Source: Candidatus Latescibacterota bacterium (GTDB taxonomy: Bacteria > Latescibacterota > UBA2968 > UBA8231). Taken from it: a DNA stretch of 64,000 nt. Positions 37,838 to 46,680 of the stretch are shown one piece after another (within the stretch, counting starts at the first letter, position 1; each line of letters opens with the position of its first letter). The notes under the pieces are model-generated. The model worked only from the letters and a program-made list of their open reading frames with translations, was not told the DNA's origin and did no database searches. The stretch spans positions 128,001 to 192,000 of the forward strand of contig CBDCSU010000005.1 in assembly GCA_965221775.1 (NCBI GenBank), read 5' to 3'. Both the position numbers and the translations under genes were made by a program.

Positions 37838-40821
37838 GGATCAACGCCATGGATGGAGCCCGGCGGAACGGACCCGGCAGAGGTCTCCTCGTCCTCCTCC
37901 TCCTGGCGGGCACCTCGGTTGCCGCCGGCGCCCAGCTCGACTACGGCCACCTCCTCGGAGAGCAGGAGCGGGGCCCCCCCCAGTACGGCGTCACCGGGCC
38001 GAGGGTGCTCATGGAAACCCTCGACCCGACGATCAAGCGATGGTACCTGCCGCAGGAGCTCTTCCGAGAGTACGGCCGGCGCCAGTGGTCGTACACGAAC
38101 TACGCGCGCCAGCCCTACGTGCCGTACGTGGGTCATGAGCAGGAGGGCCAGTATTTCTACGACTACTACGGCAACCTCGTCACCCAGGGGTGGCTGGTCT
38201 ACGACTGGCGCCAGACCCAGGCCCGGACCCTCGACAGCAGCAGAATCACCAAGCTCGCGCGCTACGACAGCTGGTTCCACCGCCTCATCATCTCCTCCGA
38301 TGCGACAGGCGACAACAGCTACTCCCTGACCGTGGGCGACGAGATCTTCGCCAGCCTGACGCCGATGACCTTCCGCAAGGCCGGCTTCAGCGGCGTCATG
38401 ACCGACTTCGCCTCCAGCCGCCTTCGCGCCACGGGGCTCTTCGCCCGCCCCTCCCACCCGGTGGTGCTGATCTTCGGAGGAATCGCCTCCGTCCCCCAGA
38501 GCAACTACACCAACCTGACGGCCGCGCGCCTCGAGACGGATGTCACCGACTTCCTGACCCTCGGGGCGACCTTCGTCAACGCTCACAACGCGGCAGGCAT
38601 CCGTGACTCCTTCCAGGGCAACCCCTTCAGAGGGGCCCTGACCACGGGACAACTGAGCAGCCGCGTGAACCTGCTCCTCGTGCGGCTGCGGGACGACTCG
38701 CCCGAAGACGGCGAGGGCGGGCCCATCCTCTTCGACTCCGACCTGGAGATCACCACCTCCCTGTGGCACGAGGTCGACGTCGAGGGCGGGACCCGGCGCG
38801 TCCTCCGGGACACGACGATCAGCGGCCGGAGCATCGGCTTCTACCCCGCCATCGAGGGCGGAGAGGTGCGGGACGGGTTCCGCCGGGCCGACGGCCAGCA
38901 CAGCATTACCATGCACTACACCCTGGCCCCGGAGGAGGGGGAATCCGAGGCCGGGACTCTCCGGCTGCTACTGCAGAGGGCCCTTCAACTGAGCCTGGAC
39001 GAGGCGGACGAGGCCGTCACCCGGATCAGGAACGTGCGCTTCCGCCTGCGCCTGGCCAACGACTACGCCATCGAGGTCGCCTCCGACCGCCAGGCCAACC
39101 GGCACGACATCCCCCAGTTCCTCGAGGTGGCGCGGGCGGCGGGCAACGTGAAGAACCAGTTGAACCCGGAGGAGGTCGTCTTCGACTACGGCCTGCCCAC
39201 GGCGACACAGGTCGCCGGCCTGACCACGGAGATCCGCGACCTGGCGGGCTTCGACTTCTACGGCGAGTTCAACGTCAGCACGAGTGTCCGCCAGTATCCC
39301 AGCACCCTCCTCGAGAAGCACGACAGCTTCTCGGGCATCGTCGGCGACGAGCACGCCCTCGGCTTCCAGGTGAACCTCTCGAAGAAGGCCGGACCGTTGC
39401 GGCTCCTCTTCGAGGGCTTCGGCATGGACGACGCCTACTCCACGAGCATCAAGCCGGTCTCCACCCGGGGAGTCGTGGACTACTCGCCCGAGGCAACCGA
39501 GGGGATCTACGACTTCGTCGACGACAACGACGACCAGGACCGGCACCCCGATCAGGCTCGGAGGTTCCACGGTGGACTGATCCGGCCCCTTGGGACGTCG
39601 GTCAGGGGCTTCCTGGAGACCCCGTTGGGTGTCGCCGACCCGGCCGTGTTCCCGGGCTACGACGAGAACGGCGACCTCATCTCCGATTTCAACCAGAACA
39701 GCAACGGCGACCAGGACAACTACTTCCCCGACTACGAGGAGCCCTTCCTGCGCCACAGGAGCGACCGTCCGGAGTTTCTTTTCGGAATAGACCTCGACAA
39801 CAACGGCGTGGCCGAGCGCTTCGAGAACGACGATCTCCCCGACTACCCCTACAAGAAGGGCCACTGGGGTTACAACGCCCACGGCACCCTTCGCGTCAAC
39901 CCCGACCTCGAGCTCACGGCAGGCTACCTGCGCCAGAACCTGCGCAACGCCGACCGCTCCAACCACACTCCGTACGGCCTCGTCGAGTTGGTGCGGGACC
40001 ATCCGAGATGGGGACGGCTGCAGCTCTTCGACATGGTCAAGCTCGCCCGGGACACGATCGCCGACCCCATCAACTTGTGGATGATGCCCAGTCTCGACTA
40101 CGGAGCCGCCGGCCAGTCGGTGGGCGTCAGCATTCCCCGGCCCGACCCGCTGGCGGCCGAGGACACCTGGATCAACAGCTTCGCCGCCGACTGGAGCTAC
40201 GCGAGCCCACGGGGCTGGTCGATGCGGCACCGGGTCAAGTGGGACTGGTGGCGGCAGCGGAACTCGGAGCCCACCTTCGCCGTCGACGAGGAGGGCGCCG
40301 CCCTGCTGGACGAGGAAGGAGAGCCCGTGGTGCTCTTCGACCCCCTCGGACCTTCGGCCCGCAACGGCCGGGAAACCTCCGGCTTCACCGGCTTCATCAA
40401 CAAGGCGGACCTGCTCTTCCACATGGGGCGGCTGTCCCTGTCGCCGCGGATCAAGAGCGAATGGCGCAACGAGGCGCCCTTCTCCCGGGACGAGGAGCGG
40501 CGCCGATCCTGGGACGGCATCGCCTCCCTGCTTGTGCGCATGCCTTTCATGGCACACACCCACCTCGAGTTCGGACTGGAGGGGCGCAACTTCGCCGAGT
40601 TGCGGGCCGACGAAGACGAGCTTTCGCCCAGCACCCTGACCGGGGACTTCCGCGGCGTGGTGTACGCCGTTCAGTTGACCAATCGCCGGCCTTTCAAGAG
40701 CTACCTCGCCACCACCCAGGTCGGACTCCGCTTCGACCGGCGTTCCCTGGAGGTCGTCGAGGGAGACCGCGAGCAGCGCACGGCGGGGCTGGCCTTTGTC
40801 ACTGTATTCATGGGTCTCTAA
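37834..40821 (+). CDS. Large exported protein B2, paralog of 33363-36179
   Basis: Signal peptide (VAAGA-Q); collinear shared blocks LDPxIKxWYxPQEL, RQWxYTNYAR, LTPMTFxKxGF, DDSPEDGEGG, FDYGLPTA, DDNDDQDR, RPEFLFGIDL, LPDYPYK, GxINKAD, TTQVGLR. Confidence 0.72.
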   Translation: MRINAMDGARRNGPGRGLLVLLLLAGTSVAAGAQLDYGHLLGEQERGPPQYGVTGPRVLMETLDPTIKRWYLPQELFREYGRRQWSYTNYARQPYVPYVGHEQEGQYFYDYYGNLVTQGWLVYDWRQTQARTLDSSRITKLARYDSWFHRLIISSDATGDNSYSLTVGDEIFASLTPMTFRKAGFSGVMTDFASSRLRATGLFARPSHPVVLIFGGIASVPQSNYTNLTAARLETDVTDFLTLGATFVNAHNAAGIRDSFQGNPFRGALTTGQLSSRVNLLLVRLRDDSPEDGEGGPILFDSDLEITTSLWHEVDVEGGTRRVLRDTTISGRSIGFYPAIEGGEVRDGFRRADGQHSITMHYTLAPEEGESEAGTLRLLLQRALQLSLDEADEAVTRIRNVRFRLRLANDYAIEVASDRQANRHDIPQFLEVARAAGNVKNQLNPEEVVFDYGLPTATQVAGLTTEIRDLAGFDFYGEFNVSTSVRQYPSTLLEKHDSFSGIVGDEHALGFQVNLSKKAGPLRLLFEGFGMDDAYSTSIKPVSTRGVVDYSPEATEGIYDFVDDNDDQDRHPDQARRFHGGLIRPLGTSVRGFLETPLGVADPAVFPGYDENGDLISDFNQNSNGDQDNYFPDYEEPFLRHRSDRPEFLFGIDLDNNGVAERFENDDLPDYPYKKGHWGYNAHGTLRVNPDLELTAGYLRQNLRNADRSNHTPYGLVELVRDHPRWGRLQLFDMVKLARDTIADPINLWMMPSLDYGAAGQSVGVSIPRPDPLAAEDTWINSFAADWSYASPRGWSMRHRVKWDWWRQRNSEPTFAVDEEGAALLDEEGEPVVLFDPLGPSARNGRETSGFTGFINKADLLFHMGRLSLSPRIKSEWRNEAPFSRDEERRRSWDGIASLLVRMPFMAHTHLEFGLEGRNFAELRADEDELSPSTLTGDFRGVVYAVQLTNRRPFKSYLATTQVGLRFDRRSLEVVEGDREQRTAGLAFVTVFMGL

Positions 40822-40831
40822 GGACGGGATC

Positions 40832-42751
40832 ATGACCAGGACGGGACGTACCATCGCGCAGGCCCTGACCCTGCTGCTGGGCCTGGGCACCGCCGCCCAG
40901 GGGCTGACCATCTACCGCATCGGGGGCTCGACTCTGCCTCCGCCCGAGTTGCCCGAGGGGGCCGACTTCGTGCAACTGGACTGGCAGGCCGCCGTGGACA
41001 GCGATCACGGCGCCATCGATCTGCTGCACGGGCTCGAGCCCGACGCCCTGGAGCCGGACAAGCTGGACCCGGCGGTAAACCTGGCCCCCATCTTCGAGGA
41101 GATCGGCGGGAGCATCTTCAACTACGCTACGCACGGCTTCGTGGCCGGGTACAAGGCAGACGACGTCCTCTTTGACGGCGATCCCGAGACCGTGCTTCTC
41201 GGGGACGGCCACTGGGGCGGAGCCCACCACTACCCCTTCCTGGAACTCGTCTTTGATTTCCCGGGCACCTTCACCATCGCGCGGATCGTGATGTATCCGC
41301 GCGAGCGATACCTGTCGAGCCGCTTCGTGCAGTGGTTCCGCATCGGGTTCAACGACGCCAAACGCAGCCGAAGGGGCGGCCCGGTCATCCGCGCCCGCAA
41401 CTGGGAGTTCGAGATCGTCTACGAGGACGTCGAGAACTCCCGGGGGCACATCGAGCTGACCGCCCTGCCCGAGTACCCGGTAAAGGAGCTGCTCGTCTCG
41501 CTGGCCGAGAACACGCAGGGCATCTGGGAAATGGCCGAGATCGAGGTCTACGGCCGGGGCTACACGCCCGAGGCGGCCTACGTGAGCCAGGTCATCGACC
41601 TCGGGGGCCCCTCCGCCCTGGGGGACCTCAGTTGGTCCGCCGAGGTCGACCCCGGAGCCGATCTGAAGTTGCGCATGCGGGCCGGGGACGATTTGGGTCC
41701 CAACCTCTACTGGCGTTACACCTTCCGCGGCAGTGGGTCCACCAGCCGGTTGGACGAGCAAGGCCAGCCCCTGACAAAGGACGGATACGAGAGCCTGGAC
41801 AGGCGGGAACGGGCCGGGACCACGCCGGACACCGAGAGCTGGGACGGTTGGAGCACGCCCCTCGACCACTCCGAAGGGACCGTGCCCTTCCGGGCCTCAC
41901 GGCCCCGCCAGTTTCTCCAGGTGCGCGCCGATTTCAACTCCACCGTCGACGCCGGCTCCCGCCTCCAGTACCTGCAGTTCGCGGTCTCCCAGCCGCCGGC
42001 GGCCACCGTGGTCCTCGGGGAGATCACCCCGACCATGGCCTCCGTCGACGAGGTGACGCCCTTCACCTACCTGATGACGCCTGTCATGCGCTCCGGGAAC
42101 TACGGGTTCGACCGCATCCTCATCGACACGCCCACCACCGTGGCCGGCATCGATGGCGTGCGCTTCAACGGCCAGCCCGTGGCCTACGAGGTCCTGCGCC
42201 TCGACGAATCGGGCTTCGAGATCGCCGTCCCCCGGGTCGACGAGAGCCGCGACGGCGAGCTCATCGAGATCGACTTCCGCTCCCGGATCTTCCGCTTCGG
42301 CACCGTGTTCTCCGGCCGGGTCATGGACAGTCAGCGCCCCGAGGAGGTGGCGCAGGTGGTCTCCCCCGGCGAGGCGGACCCGATCGTCGACAGCAACACC
42401 CTGAGCGTCGGCCTGGACGAGGTGGGCCGGCGGACGGTCAATGCCCTCACCCTCGAGCCGCCGGTCTTCAGCCCCAACGGAGACGGCATCAACGACCGGA
42501 TGAGTCTCGAGTACGAGCTGGTGAACGTGGAGGGTGACGCCGAGGTGGCCGTCGTCCTCTACGATCTGCGGGGCTCACCCTTGGAGGAGGTCTTCCGCGG
42601 GCCGGCCGGCAGCGGCCGGTTCCGCGCCGAGTGGGACGGCCGCGATGCCGGGGGACGCCTCCTCGGTCCGGGGATCTACATCCTGCGGATCGAGGTCGAG
42701 TCGGACCTCGGAATCAGGTCCAGGGAAAGGGTCGTCTCCCTTGTCTACTAG
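40832..42751 (+). CDS. Secreted multidomain protein A2 with C-terminal FlgD-Ig/T9SS type-B-like domain
   Basis: Signal peptide (GTAAQG-L); FDGDPET, MAEIEVYG, SQVIDLG, RPRQFLQ, GFDRILIDTP; C-terminus PPVFSPNGDGINDR...WDGRDAGG..LGPGIY...VSLVY. Confidence 0.8.
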   Translation: MTRTGRTIAQALTLLLGLGTAAQGLTIYRIGGSTLPPPELPEGADFVQLDWQAAVDSDHGAIDLLHGLEPDALEPDKLDPAVNLAPIFEEIGGSIFNYATHGFVAGYKADDVLFDGDPETVLLGDGHWGGAHHYPFLELVFDFPGTFTIARIVMYPRERYLSSRFVQWFRIGFNDAKRSRRGGPVIRARNWEFEIVYEDVENSRGHIELTALPEYPVKELLVSLAENTQGIWEMAEIEVYGRGYTPEAAYVSQVIDLGGPSALGDLSWSAEVDPGADLKLRMRAGDDLGPNLYWRYTFRGSGSTSRLDEQGQPLTKDGYESLDRRERAGTTPDTESWDGWSTPLDHSEGTVPFRASRPRQFLQVRADFNSTVDAGSRLQYLQFAVSQPPAATVVLGEITPTMASVDEVTPFTYLMTPVMRSGNYGFDRILIDTPTTVAGIDGVRFNGQPVAYEVLRLDESGFEIAVPRVDESRDGELIEIDFRSRIFRFGTVFSGRVMDSQRPEEVAQVVSPGEADPIVDSNTLSVGLDEVGRRTVNALTLEPPVFSPNGDGINDRMSLEYELVNVEGDAEVAVVLYDLRGSPLEEVFRGPAGSGRFRAEWDGRDAGGRLLGPGIYILRIEVESDLGIRSRERVVSLVY

Positions 42752-42781
42752 ATGCCCAGATAGCTGACAGGAGGTCCGCAC

Positions 42782-45439
42782 ATGACACGGATCATCAGCT
42801 TCTACACCGCCCTTCTGGTCCTGGCTGCCGCCACCGGCCTGACGGCCCAGGGCCGGGCGTACCGGATCGCCGGCGACGAGCTCGTCGTCGACCGCCGCAG
42901 CCTCTGGCAGAACTGGAGCTTTCCCGAGGAAACCCTCGAACTCTCCCCCTCGGGGGAGGTGCGGCCCCTCGCCCTGCGCAAGGACATCGCCGCCGTCCCC
43001 GAGATCGTCCGCTTTCTGCGCCTCCATCCACCGCCGAACCTCAAGCACAAGGAGCCCGAGGAGATCACCCTCGCCGACGCCGTGCAGGCCGGCTCCAACC
43101 CCCGTGACGCGGTCAACGTCCTCGACGGGGACCCGACGACATACTGGCAGCCCGACCTGACCGACATCCCACCCGTCGAGCTCGGCGCGCGGTGGTGGCT
43201 CATGGTCGACCTGGGACGGAACGTCATCGCCAAGAGGCTGGTGGTCCGGTTCGCGGAGGAGGGGTTGGGCGACCCGTTCCTTCAGTTCGACGTCCTCGTC
43301 TCCAACGGCGAGCGTTCGCCGTCCGCCGCCGCTTCGAAACACCCGCTCTTCGCGACGGTGTACCGAACGTTGAGGCCCAACAAGGACGTGCGGGTGCTGG
43401 ATCTCACCTTCGAGGACGTATACACCGATTCCATCGTCGGCGAGGCGCCGCTGGCCGCCATCCTGCCGCCATCCACCGTCGACCGTGACCACAGCGTGCA
43501 GGCCCCCAGGGAGCTCGCGGGCGCCTCGCTGCGATACGTCATGGTGGTCGTCCGTGACAGCGACTTCGACCGTGGCAGGCTGGTCAGCCCCGAGGCCTAC
43601 GCCGCCCTGCCCGAGGACGACAAGGGCGCCGTCGTCCACCACAAGCTGCAGCGGGACGGCCGGCTCACCGAGTTGAGCGAGGCCGACTACCTGCGTCTGC
43701 CCGCCGGACAGCAGGGAGAGATCCTCCACTACCGCAAGGAGCGGCCCCGCCTGGCCGACATCGAGGTGTGGACCGAGGGGGACAACGTCCTGCCCGCCAT
43801 CTACAAGCGCGGCGGGGAAATCAGCGGCAACGCGAACCTGAACTACGGCAGGCTGGTGGACGGCTTCGTGGGCTCCTTCACCGAGGTCAACTTGGGCAAC
43901 GAAGGGTACATCCTCTTCGACCTGGGGGCCACCTTCTGGCTCGACGCCTACCGGCTGATGTACGGCGGGGTCACGAACCGCGAGAGAAGGAGCTTCAACT
44001 CCTACGATCTCGAGGCCTCCGACGGATCCCTGAACCCCGACGGCACCCTGAAGTTCAAGACCGTGGCCCGCCGCATACAGAAGTTTATGCGCAAGGACTT
44101 CGAGGTTCACGACTTCGACCTCGTGAAGACCCGGTTCTTCCGCCTCGTCTTCGAGCTGGGCTTCACCGCCGAGCAACCTCACACCGCCGCGCCAGGGGAG
44201 ATCTACCTCTACGGCCGCGGATACATCGCCGAGGTCCGCATGGAGTCGGGCCTGGTCGAGCTCGGAGCCCGGCGCAACCTTCTGAGCATGTCCTGGGAGG
44301 CGGACACCCCGCCGGGGACCAGGATCTCGATCCAGACCCGCGCCGGCAACGAGCTGCGGGAGGTCCTCCACTACTACAAGGCCGACGGCACGGAGATCAG
44401 CGAGAAGGCCTACAACAATCCGTCCCTGCTGCCCTCCTTGAAGGGCGACATCGTCGCCGAGATGGTAGAAGGAGACGACTGGAGCGGCTGGAGCCAGCCC
44501 TACGAGGACGCCTCGGGAAGTCCCTTCCTCTCTCCCTCCCCGAGGGAGTTCCTCAACATCGCCGCGACCCTGGTTTCGGACGACCCCGATCTGCACCCCA
44601 CGCTTCGCTCCCTCCGGCTGCGCTTCAGCAACCCCGTCGCCCAGGGGCTCCGGGCGGAGGTGACCCCCACCCGGGTCGACTCGCTGGGGGTGCAGCGGGA
44701 CTTCTCCCTGTTCCTGCGGCCCGAGTTCGACAATCGGGACCCGGGCTTCGACGAGCTGCTGCTCAGGACGCCTCCCGACATGTCCCTGGAGTTCGCCGGT
44801 CTCTACGCCGGGTCGGCCGAGGAGTTCGACGGCGGGGGCGGTACCCTGGTGGAGGACATGGAGCTCATGCCGACCGGTCCCGACAGCCTGCGCCTCTCCT
44901 TCCCCATCGTGCGGCCCCGTGGGATCGAGGTGTTGCGCCTCGACTTCCGAACCGCCCTGTTCACCACCGGCGCCCAGTTGCAGGCCGCGGTCAAGCGGAC
45001 CCGGGACGGCGAGGACGCCTGGCAGCGGGTTGATCCCGGAGACGCCCTCGCCAGCGTCGACAGCGACGCGATCACCCTCATCGGCGAGGCCACCGGCGGA
45101 GGCCTGCTCACCGGTGTGGACCTGAGTTCCCCGGTGATCACGCCCAACGGCGACGGGATCAACGACGAGGCCCGATTCTCGCTCAGCGTCGTCCGCGTCG
45201 CCGACGGAAGCCCCGTGGACCTGCGGATCCACGACCTCGGCGGCCGGCTCCTTCGCCGGATCGTCGAGCACGGATCCTCGAGCGCCGGCCTCTATGAGAT
45301 CACTTGGGACGGCCTGGACGACAATGGGCTCGTCGTGCCACCGGGGATCTACCTCGCGCGCCTCCGGGTCGACACCGACGACGGCGGGCGCAGGCTGAGT
45401 GGCAACGAGGTGGTGCGGACCCTGGCCGTGTCCTACTGA
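42782..45439 (+). CDS. Secreted multidomain protein A3 with two discoidin-like domains and C-terminal FlgD-Ig/T9SS type-B-like domain
   Basis: AGGAGG RBS; signal peptide; LDGDPTTYW, VDLGR, LADIEVW, FDLGATF, GEIYLYG, SPSPREFL; C-terminus SPVITPNGDGINDE...DLGGRLLRRI...WDGLDDNGLVVPPGIY...LAVSY. Confidence 0.8.
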   Translation: MTRIISFYTALLVLAAATGLTAQGRAYRIAGDELVVDRRSLWQNWSFPEETLELSPSGEVRPLALRKDIAAVPEIVRFLRLHPPPNLKHKEPEEITLADAVQAGSNPRDAVNVLDGDPTTYWQPDLTDIPPVELGARWWLMVDLGRNVIAKRLVVRFAEEGLGDPFLQFDVLVSNGERSPSAAASKHPLFATVYRTLRPNKDVRVLDLTFEDVYTDSIVGEAPLAAILPPSTVDRDHSVQAPRELAGASLRYVMVVVRDSDFDRGRLVSPEAYAALPEDDKGAVVHHKLQRDGRLTELSEADYLRLPAGQQGEILHYRKERPRLADIEVWTEGDNVLPAIYKRGGEISGNANLNYGRLVDGFVGSFTEVNLGNEGYILFDLGATFWLDAYRLMYGGVTNRERRSFNSYDLEASDGSLNPDGTLKFKTVARRIQKFMRKDFEVHDFDLVKTRFFRLVFELGFTAEQPHTAAPGEIYLYGRGYIAEVRMESGLVELGARRNLLSMSWEADTPPGTRISIQTRAGNELREVLHYYKADGTEISEKAYNNPSLLPSLKGDIVAEMVEGDDWSGWSQPYEDASGSPFLSPSPREFLNIAATLVSDDPDLHPTLRSLRLRFSNPVAQGLRAEVTPTRVDSLGVQRDFSLFLRPEFDNRDPGFDELLLRTPPDMSLEFAGLYAGSAEEFDGGGGTLVEDMELMPTGPDSLRLSFPIVRPRGIEVLRLDFRTALFTTGAQLQAAVKRTRDGEDAWQRVDPGDALASVDSDAITLIGEATGGGLLTGVDLSSPVITPNGDGINDEARFSLSVVRVADGSPVDLRIHDLGGRLLRRIVEHGSSSAGLYEITWDGLDDNGLVVPPGIYLARLRVDTDDGGRRLSGNEVVRTLAVSY

Positions 45440-45451
45440 AGCCAAAAGTGG

Positions 45452-45480
45452 TTGATTTCCAGGGATTTTCTTAGTAACGT
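45452..45480 (+). promoter_or_regulatory. sigma70-like promoter of duplicated gene C1
   Basis: TTGATT (45452-45457), 17 nt, TAACGT (45475-45480), in an AT-rich patch. Confidence 0.6.
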
Positions 45481-45564
45481 TCGTAGGCCCACCGTCGATC
45501 ACCCACGACCGAGGGTATCCCCCCGGTCCTTCACCCTTTCCATCATGCGATTGGAGTCATGACC

Positions 45565-46488
45565 ATGAGAAAGACCCTCACCATGGCGGTCCTGCTGCTG
45601 GGCGTCGGCTCGGCGCAGGCCCACCTGCCCCCGGGCAATGTCCTAGGGGTCTGGCAGTGGCCTTCGAATGCCCTGCCCACCTTGGACGGCGACATCAGCG
45701 AGTGGGAGGTCATCCCGGATTACCTGTGGCTCAATCCGGCCACCTCCCTGGACAACGATGGCAACCCCCTGTTCACCGGCGTCCATGGCAACGACAAGGG
45801 CATGTCCGGCCCCGAGGGTGACGCCTCCGACCTCACCATCCGCGTCGCCGTCGCCTGGAACGACGAGTTCGACCGCATGTACTTCGCCCAGGAGCGCTTC
45901 GACGACGTGTACGACCGCGACGTGGCGGAGCCGCCCGGCGAGTGCGGCGGCGACGACAGCATCGAGATCCATGTCGACGCCGACCACACCGGTGGTGTCA
46001 TGGTCACCGGCGACGAGGAGACGCAAGCCAGGTCGGCCCAGATTGCCCACTGGCGCTGGCCGCCGATCGGGGAAGGGAATAACGCCTGGAGCTGGATGTG
46101 GGTGAGCGCCGCCACCTGGCACGACAAGGAGCCCTATGCCTGCTGCCCCACCGCCTTCGACATCGACGGTGGGCACGGCGACACCGATGTGACGCTGGTC
46201 TCCGAGTGGTGGACCGTCTACTTCAACAACTTGGTTCACCTGTCGCCCGAGGAGAGCGTGGTCGCCCCCCTTTCGGAGGGCCAGATCATCGGCATGACCT
46301 TCGCCCTTTGCGACATCGACGGGGCCGCCCAAGACGGCCCCAATACGGTCTGGGTGTCGGGCGGTGAAGGCGCGGCGAGGTATTACGCTGACAGCGATGT
46401 CCTCGGCGACTGGGTCCTGTTGGAGAACATGATGACGGCCGTCGAGTCCAATAGCTGGGGTCAGGTCAAGGCCAGCCTCCAGCAGTAG
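45565..46488 (+). CDS. Secreted CBM9/DOMON-like protein C1 with C-terminal AVESNSWGQVKAS motif
   Basis: Signal peptide SAQA-H; PTLDGDISEW, VAWNDE.DRMYF, DDSIEIHVDAD and IIG....CDID resemble CBM9-like sugar-binding domains; start at the second ATG, 8 nt after GGAG as in its paralog. Confidence 0.7.
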   Translation: MRKTLTMAVLLLGVGSAQAHLPPGNVLGVWQWPSNALPTLDGDISEWEVIPDYLWLNPATSLDNDGNPLFTGVHGNDKGMSGPEGDASDLTIRVAVAWNDEFDRMYFAQERFDDVYDRDVAEPPGECGGDDSIEIHVDADHTGGVMVTGDEETQARSAQIAHWRWPPIGEGNNAWSWMWVSAATWHDKEPYACCPTAFDIDGGHGDTDVTLVSEWWTVYFNNLVHLSPEESVVAPLSEGQIIGMTFALCDIDGAAQDGPNTVWVSGGEGAARYYADSDVLGDWVLLENMMTAVESNSWGQVKASLQQ

Positions 46489-46523
46489 AGCGGCTGTACC
46501 AGCGCCGCTGGTCAACGGTTTCC

Positions 46524-46560
46524 AGGGAGGCAGGCCCCCGCGGCCTGCCTCCCTTTTCTT
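46524..46560 (+). terminator. Rho-independent terminator
   Basis: AGGGAGGCAGGCC-loop-GGCCTGCCTCCCT followed by TTTCTT. Confidence 0.88.
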
Positions 46561-46577
46561 GCCTCGGCAGGAATGCG

Positions 46578-46606
46578 TTGATTCTGGGGGGTTTTGGTGG
46601 TACTAT
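46578..46606 (+). promoter_or_regulatory. sigma70-like promoter of duplicated gene C2
   Basis: TTGATT (46578-46583), 17 nt, TACTAT (46601-46606). Confidence 0.65.
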
Positions 46607-46680
46607 ACCCGCAACCGCTCAGGATCGAGGTATCCGGCCCCGATCGATCACCCTCCCATCATGCGATTGGAGACAGGACC

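Noticed and set aside
31171-45439. Reading the locus as flagellar (flgD), phage tail or classical SusCD/T9SS core genes
   Set aside because: FlgD-Ig is only a terminal domain on large signal-peptide proteins; no flagellar, phage, TonB-box/plug, SusD or Gld/Spr core motifs were recognised in the window.
33348-45502. Very long antisense ORFs (33348-36206, 38968-40911, 42575-45502)
   Set aside because: Mirror frames of the strongly codon-biased plus-strand genes, with no motifs of their own.
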